Positions 29,095 through 36,121 of a stretch of DNA of 36,121 bases are shown one piece after another. The notes under the pieces are model-generated. The model was not told where the DNA came from and ran no database searches. It worked only from the letters and a program-made list of their open reading frames with translations. The stretch spans positions 170,663 through 206,783 of the forward strand of contig JASGCN010000001.1 of the NCBI GenBank assembly GCA_030054135.1, read 5' to 3'. Position numbers and translations under genes: made by a program. Origin of the DNA: Alphaproteobacteria bacterium. Its GTDB lineage: Bacteria; Patescibacteriota; Minisyncoccia; Phycocordibacterales; JABAAK01. How positions within the stretch are numbered: position 1 is the stretch's first letter; every line of letters starts with the position of its first letter.

Positions 29095-29820
29095 ATGCCA
29101 CAGCTCGATGATAAAGGATATGAACATCCAATTACCGCTCTCATAGATGAAATCGCTTTTGAATTTTCTGGAAGAGGGTACACCATCGTATTGGGAAATG
29201 AATTAGAAACAGAAAAATATAATTTTGATGCTCTTAATATTCCAAAAGACCACCCTGCGCGTACCATGCATGATACATTTTGGATTAAAGATAAACCCGG
29301 GTATTTGTTGCGAACACATACATCGCCCGTACAAATTCACTACATGGAAGAAAATAAAACTATATTAGAGAATGAAGGAACAATTAAAATAATTGTTCCA
29401 GGAAAAGTATTTAGAAATGAAGCGACAGATGCAACTCACGAAGTACAGTTTCATCAATGTGAAGGGTTGGTAGTCGGCAAAAACATAAGCATTGGACATC
29501 TTAAAGAAGCAATTGAAAGTTTTATGAAAATAGCTTTCTATCCAGAAGTGAAATTGCGTTATCGCTCGAGCTATTTTCCATTTACCGAGCCAAGTATGGA
29601 GGTCGATATTTGTCTACCAGGGACAAATCGATGGCTTGAAGTATTAGGAGCAGGTATGGTGCATAAAAATGTGTTTGAATCAGTTGGTATTGATAGTGAT
29701 GTATACACTGGTTTTGCATTTGGTATTGGGCTTGAAAGAATTTTAATGATCAGACATAACATTGACGATGTTCGAGAGTTTTTTAATGGAGATTTGCGTT
29801 TTTCCACACAATTCAAATAA
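29095..29820 (+). CDS. pheS: Phenylalanine-tRNA ligase alpha subunit (catalytic core only)
   Basis: HP, NFDALN...HPAR..HDTF, LRTHTS, GKVFR, DATH..QFHQ.EG, YFPFTEPS, GFAFGIGLER. Confidence 0.96.
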   Translation: MPQLDDKGYEHPITALIDEIAFEFSGRGYTIVLGNELETEKYNFDALNIPKDHPARTMHDTFWIKDKPGYLLRTHTSPVQIHYMEENKTILENEGTIKIIVPGKVFRNEATDATHEVQFHQCEGLVVGKNISIGHLKEAIESFMKIAFYPEVKLRYRSSYFPFTEPSMEVDICLPGTNRWLEVLGAGMVHKNVFESVGIDSDVYTGFAFGIGLERILMIRHNIDDVREFFNGDLRFSTQFK

Positions 29821-29829
29821 CAAAAATAT

Positions 29830-31056
29830 ATGAAAAAAATATTTTTCGTACCCGATCTTTTGGATTATATTTCAAAAGAAAAATCCGTACCTATGATGTC
29901 TGATTTTATGAATGACGTAGAAAATGCATTCATGGATCATTCATTTGAAGTAGAGTCAATTAATAAAAAAACATACTTTATTGAGCTATCAATTCTTCCA
30001 AATAGATATGGTGATTGTCTTACTAAAGAAGGAATGGCACGCGAATTTTGTGCCATAATGAATCTCCCTTTTTCTGGAAAAGTGGAAATGAGTGATAGAA
30101 AGATAGAAGTATCAACTGTTTTTTTTCAAAACTTTATTGACAGTAACATCACTGAAGAAATCATAAAAGAAAAATGTAAGCGTTTGTATATTGAGTGTGT
30201 GTCTACTGGAAACACGTTGGTGTTTACCCCCCCAAAAGATAGAATTGATCTTGAAACAAGAGAAGATATTGCAGAAGAAATTACTCGAATGATCGGCTTT
30301 AAAAATATATCAAGTGTCCCACTAGCAAATAACAATAACACATATCAAGATCCTTCAGAGTATAAAATTATCCGTAAAATAATATTAGATCTAAATAAGC
30401 TTGGATTTACAGAAATAATGACACGCACTTTTACGAATAAAAAAGGGTTAGAAGTGTTGCGCCCAGTAGCGTCAGACAAATCTTTTTTAAGACAAGATCT
30501 TTCTGAATTACAAGAAGTGGGGAAAAAGAATGAAATAATAAAACATGCTTGTAATAAAGAAGAAGTTAAAATTTTTGAAATAGGTAAGGTATTTTCTCCA
30601 GATGGAAAAGAATCATTAGAGCTTGCATGGTATGCATCTAAAAAATTAAAAGACGAAGAAAGTGAGAAATTAAAAGATTGTGTACGTATAATAAAAGATA
30701 TCAAAAGTAAAAATTATAACCCAGTTGTATGGAAGGATAGAGGAGATCTAAGAATGATCCCTATTCGATTTTCAATCATAAAGCGTACTCCATATATAGA
30801 AAGAGATCTCTCTATATATGTACCTGTTACAAGCACTGAAACAACTCTTATTAAAGAATTTAAAGATGTATCAGAAAGTCTTAAACATTTTGTGACATTG
30901 TATTGTTTTGATACATTTGAAAAAGAAGGTAAAAAATCTTTTGCATTTCGTTTTGTATTTCAAGATGCTCAGAAAACTCTCACTGATAGTGACATAAACA
31001 TAGAAATGGATAAAGTATATCAACATTGCAAAAAAAATGAATATATTGTGCGATAG
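29830..31056 (+). CDS. pheT: Phenylalanine-tRNA ligase beta subunit, strongly reduced (408 aa)
   Basis: ILPNR.GDCL...GMARE, PP.DRIDL...EDIAEEI.RMIG, FEIGKVF, P.IERDLS, KKSFAFRFVFQ...KTLTD. Confidence 0.88.
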   Translation: MKKIFFVPDLLDYISKEKSVPMMSDFMNDVENAFMDHSFEVESINKKTYFIELSILPNRYGDCLTKEGMAREFCAIMNLPFSGKVEMSDRKIEVSTVFFQNFIDSNITEEIIKEKCKRLYIECVSTGNTLVFTPPKDRIDLETREDIAEEITRMIGFKNISSVPLANNNNTYQDPSEYKIIRKIILDLNKLGFTEIMTRTFTNKKGLEVLRPVASDKSFLRQDLSELQEVGKKNEIIKHACNKEEVKIFEIGKVFSPDGKESLELAWYASKKLKDEESEKLKDCVRIIKDIKSKNYNPVVWKDRGDLRMIPIRFSIIKRTPYIERDLSIYVPVTSTETTLIKEFKDVSESLKHFVTLYCFDTFEKEGKKSFAFRFVFQDAQKTLTDSDINIEMDKVYQHCKKNEYIVR

Positions 31057-31084
31057 ATATGTATATCAAAACAAAATAAAGGTC

Positions 31085-31143
31085 TTGTATTCTAAGTGTT
31101 TATTTTATACAATAGAGTACACTATTGTACTAGTACAGTAGTG
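31085..31143 (+). promoter_or_regulatory. Sigma70-type promoter plus 5'-terminal inverted repeat
   Basis: TTGTAT, 17 nt, TACAAT (31108-13); near-perfect palindrome CACTATTGTACTAGTACAGTAGTG at 31120-43. Confidence 0.6.
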
Positions 31144-31168
31144 ATTATAATAATATATATATATAATT

Positions 31169-31327
31169 ATGTCAGCACTAAAAATAATCATTGTTATTAT
31201 CATTCTTGCAGCTATCGGATATTTTGGATATGTTCAAGGTTGGTTTGGAGGGTCTTCTTCTAATGAAGATTCTATGGCAATGCAAGATAAAGCAATGGAA
31301 GATAAAGCAATGGAAAAAGACAATTAA
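31169..31327 (+). CDS. 52-aa membrane-anchored microprotein with Met-rich pentapeptide repeats (absent from ORF track)
   Basis: MSALKIIIVIIILAAIGYFGYVQGWFGGSSSNEDSMAMQDKAMEDKAMEKDN*; own promoter and terminator. Confidence 0.75.
   Translation: MSALKIIIVIIILAAIGYFGYVQGWFGGSSSNEDSMAMQDKAMEDKAMEKDN
31277..31321 (+). repeat. Three imperfect 15-bp tandem repeats (coding)
   Basis: GCAATGCAAGATAAA / GCAATGGAAGATAAA / GCAATGGAAAAAGAC. Confidence 0.85.
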
Positions 31328-31345
31328 AAAATTTAATCTGTTAAA

Positions 31346-31375
31346 AGAAAACGCTCCCGAAAAGGAGCGTTTTCT
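31346..31375 (+). terminator. Intrinsic terminator
   Basis: AGAAAACGCTCC-cgaaaa-GGAGCGTTTTCT. Confidence 0.85.
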
Positions 31376-31394
31376 GTGTTAGTATATTTATAAT

Positions 31395-32360
31395 ATGAAA
31401 CTGATACTCGCGTCTACATCAACAAGTAAAGCATATGCGGATAGCATTTCAAAAGAATTGGAAATCCCTCTGTATAACATAGATCATGCTTGGTTTAAAA
31501 ATGGAGAACACTTGCACAGAATAGAAGACACAGTACGAGGAGAAGATGTATATCTCGTGCATCAATTTTCACCGGAAAAAAATATAGATATATCTCTCAT
31601 GGAGTTATACATCTCTATACAAGGAATTAAAAAATTTGGCATTGCCAAACGAGTGAGTGTGGTGTCTCCATTTCTTCCATATATGCGCCAAGATCGTGCT
31701 ACAAAAAAGAGAGAACCAATAACTGCAAAACTTATTGCAGATTTTTTTGTTACTTCGGGGGCAGAATATTTGTTTACTTTTGATTTGCATACTCCACAAA
31801 TAAAAGGATTCTTTTCGTTTCCAGTTGAAAATCTTTCGATGATTAAAATTTTTGCTTCTGATATTATAAAAAAATATCCATGCATTGATGATGTGTGTGT
31901 GGTCTCATCCGATATAGGAGGTGCAAAAAAAGCAGAACATTTAATAAAAATTCTTGGGGGCAATAATTTAGCTGTTATTCACAAAGTAAGAAGATCATTA
32001 AATGGAACAAATGCAACTGTAGAAAAATCTCAAGTGATAGGGGATGTAGAGGGGAAACATTGTATTTTAGTTGATGATATGATTGATACTGGAGGAACAC
32101 TTGCAAGCGCATCAATAGCGCTTAAAGAATTACATGCAAAAACTGTTAGTGTGTATGCCACCCATCCAGTTTTTTCAGAAGGATATGAAAAAAATATAAA
32201 CAAAAATTATTTTTCATCTGTTAATGTTTCAGATTCCATACCACTCAAAGAAAATTATGATTCATCTCTTATTTCAATAATCCCAAGTCATTCAATTATG
32301 GTCCAAACAATACGCAATGTTCATAACGATGCGTCAATTGACAATACTCTTGAGATTTAA
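31395..32360 (+). CDS. prs: Ribose-phosphate pyrophosphokinase
   Basis: F.NGE, VRGEDV, PY.RQDR, EPITAKL.A, DLH, DDMIDTGGT, ATHPVFS. Confidence 0.95.
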   Translation: MKLILASTSTSKAYADSISKELEIPLYNIDHAWFKNGEHLHRIEDTVRGEDVYLVHQFSPEKNIDISLMELYISIQGIKKFGIAKRVSVVSPFLPYMRQDRATKKREPITAKLIADFFVTSGAEYLFTFDLHTPQIKGFFSFPVENLSMIKIFASDIIKKYPCIDDVCVVSSDIGGAKKAEHLIKILGGNNLAVIHKVRRSLNGTNATVEKSQVIGDVEGKHCILVDDMIDTGGTLASASIALKELHAKTVSVYATHPVFSEGYEKNINKNYFSSVNVSDSIPLKENYDSSLISIIPSHSIMVQTIRNVHNDASIDNTLEI

Positions 32361-32363
32361 TAA

Positions 32364-32705
32364 TTAGTGTCCTGAAGAGTGGGTAGATGTTTTACTGTAT
32401 TCATTGAGCCATGTACGCATCACATCGATTTCTTTTTTTTGAGTATCAATAATAGCTTGCCCGAATTTTTTCAATTTTGGGTCTAAAGTTTTTTGCAAAA
32501 GCATAGTTGAAGTAGCAACCGCTTCTTCATGATGAGGAATCATATGTTCAAGAAATGCTCGGTCAAAATCAACTCCATTTTTTGATTCTAAAATAGAAAT
32601 TGCTGATGATCCGTGTTTGATGGGTGTAAAAAAAGTAGTGTACACAAACATCACCACCAACCCGAGCGTCAATCCAATAACAAATATTACAAATGTTTTA
32701 TTCAT
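32364..32705 (-). CDS. DUF305 domain protein with N-terminal TM
   Basis: FDRAFLEHMIPHHEEAV, IIDTQKKEIDVMRTW. Confidence 0.85.
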   Translation of the reverse strand: MNKTFVIFVIGLTLGLVVMFVYTTFFTPIKHGSSAISILESKNGVDFDRAFLEHMIPHHEEAVATSTMLLQKTLDPKLKKFGQAIIDTQKKEIDVMRTWLNEYSKTSTHSSGH

Positions 32706-32787
32706 AATACTTATTATATGGAGGACAACTCTATATGTCAAGATTTTTATTTATATACCATGGTATACTAAAAGTCATAAGACAAAT

Positions 32788-33267
32788 ATGATTATCGAAG
32801 TAATCTTTCTTTCAATTGCAGGAACTGTACTTAGTATAGTTATAGGTTCTCTTTGGCATGCACCTTTTTGGTGGGCTGGGAAATTACACATGGAATACAC
32901 AGGGTTTGCTGCGTTGTCAAAAACAGAACAAAAAAAAGCAATAAAGAAAGCAAAAAAATATATGTGGAAAATATATTTAATCCAGGCATTTCTTTCCTTA
33001 ATAACAAGTGCATTCATTGCTTTTGTTGTTGCTCAAACTGCCACAGTAAAGGCAGTATCAGTGTACGCGCCTTTTTTGTATGTAGTGGCAATATGGTTCT
33101 GTTTTATATTTCCAATAATTACTGGTTCTTTTTTATGGGGGAGAGAAATTACAAAAAAAATGGGAGTACAAAAAGTTATTGCAGATTCTCTTCACTATTT
33201 AATTTCTTTTGCATTAGTAACAGCAATGTGCATACTATATTTTAATTGGTCAGTAATTATAAATTAA
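32788..33267 (+). CDS. DUF1761-family membrane protein
   Basis: IGSLWHAP...GK, AIWFCF, LWG; start moved to MIIEVIF. Confidence 0.75.
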   Translation: MIIEVIFLSIAGTVLSIVIGSLWHAPFWWAGKLHMEYTGFAALSKTEQKKAIKKAKKYMWKIYLIQAFLSLITSAFIAFVVAQTATVKAVSVYAPFLYVVAIWFCFIFPIITGSFLWGREITKKMGVQKVIADSLHYLISFALVTAMCILYFNWSVIIN

Positions 33268-33279
33268 TATACATACACT

Positions 33280-34386
33280 ATGCAAGAAACAACACACACA
33301 GGATTTGGATCAAAAATAGTTGATTCAATTAAAGGAATTTTTTTCGGTTTTATTCTTATTATAGTAGGCGTTTCTGGATTATTTATAAATGAAGGACGAG
33401 TTTCTCCAAAAACAATATTTTCAAAAGTTTCAACTATCACTTCTGATGCGACTAATGAAAAAAATGGTCTTATTGTTCTTGAAGGTACTCCAGTGATAAA
33501 TAAAAAAATAGCAGATACGTATCCATCACTTCTTGAACCACAATCTGCAGTGTATATAAACAAACTTGTTGAAGTGTATGCGTGGGTAGAGACATCAACC
33601 GAGGAAACAAAAGAAAATCTAGGTGGCAGTTCAGACACGACAACTACATATAATTATAAAAAAGAATGGACATCAAACCCACCCAATAGTGATAATTTTA
33701 AAGACAAATCAGGTGCGTATGTAAATATCATACCAACAATGAAAGGAGGTCTATCTTCACAATCTTTTTCACTTAATAATATTTCTATTCCTGCAATACA
33801 AGAAAAGGATTCAGTATTTTCTAAACCACTTATACTTTCAAAAAATAATGTTCAAGATAAAAATAGTATTACCACACATACACACCTCTTCATTGGAAAG
33901 AACGCGCACACAGACACTCCAAGTATAGGAGACATTCGAGTATCTTTTAATGTCATTCACGCAAACGAAAAGATATCTGCATTTGGTGAAAAGAAGGATA
34001 ATAATTTCTCTTTTGATGTTACATACAAAGGAGACGATCAAACAGGTTTTATTGGTGTTGGATCTGCATCGCAGGTTCTCTCTACAGCTCAGGAACAGTT
34101 TAAAACAAGTATGTGGGTTATACGGGGTATTGGTTTTATAGTTATTTGGATCGGGTTTGTTCTGATGACAAGTATTATTCCTACACTTGCTTCAGTAATT
34201 CCTTTCTTAGGATCTCTTACAAGAGGAATTCTTGGTTTTGCATTAGGCATTGTGTCTCTTATTATTTCTTTCGTTGTAATTATCATATCAAACATCTTTC
34301 ATAACCCAATAGCACTCGTTGTGGTGGTTGTTGTTATTGTTGGTTGGATATTCTATTTCTACAAAAAAAGCAAAAAAAACAAATAA
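33280..34386 (+). CDS. TMEM43-family (DUF1625) membrane protein
   Basis: LFINEGR, VEVYAWVE, Y.KEW, P.IGDIRVSF, W.IR..G plus 3 C-terminal TM. Confidence 0.85.
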   Translation: MQETTHTGFGSKIVDSIKGIFFGFILIIVGVSGLFINEGRVSPKTIFSKVSTITSDATNEKNGLIVLEGTPVINKKIADTYPSLLEPQSAVYINKLVEVYAWVETSTEETKENLGGSSDTTTTYNYKKEWTSNPPNSDNFKDKSGAYVNIIPTMKGGLSSQSFSLNNISIPAIQEKDSVFSKPLILSKNNVQDKNSITTHTHLFIGKNAHTDTPSIGDIRVSFNVIHANEKISAFGEKKDNNFSFDVTYKGDDQTGFIGVGSASQVLSTAQEQFKTSMWVIRGIGFIVIWIGFVLMTSIIPTLASVIPFLGSLTRGILGFALGIVSLIISFVVIIISNIFHNPIALVVVVVVIVGWIFYFYKKSKKNK

Positions 34387-34471
34387 ACTAACATTTTTTC
34401 AGCATCCAATATTGTAGATATAAGGATACCACCAAGGGACTTCAATGGTTTTTATACGGTAGTATAGATAT

Positions 34472-36121
34472 ATGAAAGAGTTTAGATTGTGTATAGTAGT
34501 ATCAAGTACAATAGTGTGGTTATTATTGGGGGTGATAGTCTATGCGGACGAAATTGTTTTGATGGCGACACACAAGAGACAAATCATCAACACACAAACA
34601 AATAATAATAAGGCTATTCGATTTTTAGCAAATACACCTTCAGCGAACAGTGTGAAAAATGTTACTTTACCTTCTGGAAGTAGCAAAGAAGAAATTGTTC
34701 AAGCGATAGAATCACTCAAAACCGAAGGGTACCTTTTTGTAGAACAACCAGTAGAAACGATACTTCATGAATGGCCAACAGATGGGACAGATCCTAATGA
34801 CACTCTATGGACTAATGCTGGTATGTGGGGAGTAAAAGCCGTAAAAACAAATAGAGTGTGGAAAGATACACGGGGGGATGGAATAGTGGTGGCAGTGATT
34901 GATACTGGAGTACAACTTAACCATGAAGATGTACAAGGATCCCTCTGGATTAATACCAATGAAGTCGCTGGGAACAGTGTAGATGATGATGGGAATGGGT
35001 ACATTGATGATATCAATGGGTACAATTTTTGTGCCAATGCAGCAGGAAGTGTTGCAGGAGGTTCGGTCAATGATACTCACGGGCATGGTACAACTATTGC
35101 TGGATTGATTGCAGGACAGGGAAATAATGCAAAAGGAATAATCGGAATTGCTCCCAACACAAAAATTATGGTAATTAAAGCAAATGATTGTGGCGAAAAT
35201 AGAGGGGCATATATTGCAAGCGCTATACGATACGCTATAAACAATGGAGCAGATGTTATTAATGGAAGTTGGAGTTTTACATCATCAAATATTTCAGAAT
35301 ATAGAAGTGAACCTACATATGATGCACTTGTGTGCGCGCGCACTCCCATTGCATTAAACATTACAAATGGTGGGTCAGGATATGGGGTTCTTTCTGGGCC
35401 AAATGGAGAACCTAATTATTATTGGCCAACTGTTTCATTTTCTGGGGGCAACGGTAGTGGTGTAAGTGCTCAAGTGTCTGAAATTGATGGAGGAGTTATC
35501 ACTGAAGTAACAATTACAAATTGCGGTACAGGATACACATCTGCGCCAACAGTCACCATTCATCCTGCAACAAATGGGACAATTACTGCATCAGGAAGTG
35601 GTGCAATAATTACAAGTACTTTAAAAAAATCAGTAATACCTGTATTTTCTTCTGGTAATGATAACCAAAATTTTATCACTAATAATGTTTTTCCAGCTGC
35701 TGATCCAAATAATGTAATATCTGTTGGAGCAATCCAAAATACTTCTCCATACACTCGTGCTTCTTTTTCCAATTTTGGGTCTACTCTCGATCTTGTCGCA
35801 CCAGGGCAATCTCTCACTTCTACAAAATACCACGCGACCCTTACCAATCAATATTCATCAGCAAACGACAATGGAACATCATTCGCAACTCCTTTAGTGG
35901 TAGGAGCAATTGCATTATTTCGTTCTTATAATGAAAATGTGTCACACAGTCTTGAGTCTATAAAAACTCGTTTACACAATTCATCTTTTGATATAGGAAT
36001 AGCAGGGAAAGATGATTATACCGGATCAGGTGTATTAAATATTGAAGCATTGGTATACCCAATACATATTTCAGGTACGGTAAGATATTACACACACTCT
36101 GCACATACCCCCAAACATATA
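34472..36121 (+). CDS. Secreted S8 (subtilisin-family) serine protease, 3'-truncated by the window edge (absent from ORF track)
   Basis: 550 open codons; signal peptide ..VYA/DE; triad VAVIDTG, HGHGT, NGTSFATP; oxyanion SSGN; DDDGNGYIDD loop. Confidence 0.92.
   Translation, partial: MKEFRLCIVVSSTIVWLLLGVIVYADEIVLMATHKRQIINTQTNNNKAIRFLANTPSANSVKNVTLPSGSSKEEIVQAIESLKTEGYLFVEQPVETILHEWPTDGTDPNDTLWTNAGMWGVKAVKTNRVWKDTRGDGIVVAVIDTGVQLNHEDVQGSLWINTNEVAGNSVDDDGNGYIDDINGYNFCANAAGSVAGGSVNDTHGHGTTIAGLIAGQGNNAKGIIGIAPNTKIMVIKANDCGENRGAYIASAIRYAINNGADVINGSWSFTSSNISEYRSEPTYDALVCARTPIALNITNGGSGYGVLSGPNGEPNYYWPTVSFSGGNGSGVSAQVSEIDGGVITEVTITNCGTGYTSAPTVTIHPATNGTITASGSGAIITSTLKKSVIPVFSSGNDNQNFITNNVFPAADPNNVISVGAIQNTSPYTRASFSNFGSTLDLVAPGQSLTSTKYHATLTNQYSSANDNGTSFATPLVVGAIALFRSYNENVSHSLESIKTRLHNSSFDIGIAGKDDYTGSGVLNIEALVYPIHISGTVRYYTHSAHTPKHI

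Noticed and set aside
31277-31321. CRISPR-like repeat
   Set aside because: Contiguous 15-bp in-frame coding repeats, no spacers, no cas genes
31191-31382. 63-aa ORF with QWKIK repeats
   Set aside because: Alternate frame of the 31169-31327 gene and runs through the terminator
32617-32787. N-terminal extension of the DUF1761 ORF
   Set aside because: Overlaps the DUF305 gene on the opposite strand; promoter and ATG fit 32788
34387-34471. tRNA or ncRNA in the remaining intergenic gaps (also 14441-14529 and 15331-15390)
   Set aside because: No cloverleaf, T-loop or stable stems visible; a covariance-model scan would be needed to exclude them fully
35339-35623. Intein or intron in the S8 protease
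   Set aside because: No C-terminal HN/C-S-T splice junction or endonuclease motifs, and the frame is uninterrupted
34765-35851. Minus-strand ORFs at the right end, and the other short overlapping ORFs in the track
   Set aside because: Shadows of well-supported genes, with no motifs or start signals of their own
1-36121. Alternative genetic code (UGA=Gly) of Gracilibacteria/Absconditabacteria
   Set aside because: Conserved genes are full length under code 11 and TGA ends rpiB, the exonuclease and trmH

Overview
AT-rich (roughly one-third GC by eye), gene-dense bacterial chromosome segment read with the standard code (TGA is used as a stop, e.g. at 7061 and 12837). Gene content and streamlined proteins point to a Patescibacteria/CPR (Parcubacteria-like) genome; this is an inference. 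Most genes are housekeeping: rnj, secG, secA, obg, gatB, five aminoacyl-tRNA synthetase genes (proS, aspS, thrS, pheS, pheT), gap and the non-oxidative pentose phosphate set (rpiB, rpe, split transketolase, prs), ahpC, and several membrane or surface proteins. The window ends inside a subtilisin-family protease missed by the ORF track. I see no tRNA, rRNA, CRISPR, mobile element or defence island. The most interesting signals are regulatory and small-scale. (1) About 20 genes have a -10 box, often TG-extended, only 5-9 nt before the start codon, implying mostly leaderless mRNAs. (2) Three stand-alone small genes share a different design: -10 box, hairpin at the predicted 5' end, AU-rich leader, small ORF, strong terminator. 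(3) One of these encodes an unannotated 30-aa, 57% Lys/Arg histone-H1/protamine-like peptide with two DnaA boxes at its promoter. (4) The synthetases are stripped down, including a PheT that appears to lack the editing domain. (5) The subtilase has a ~95-aa Gly-rich module inserted inside its catalytic domain. All product calls come from motif recognition, not database searches.
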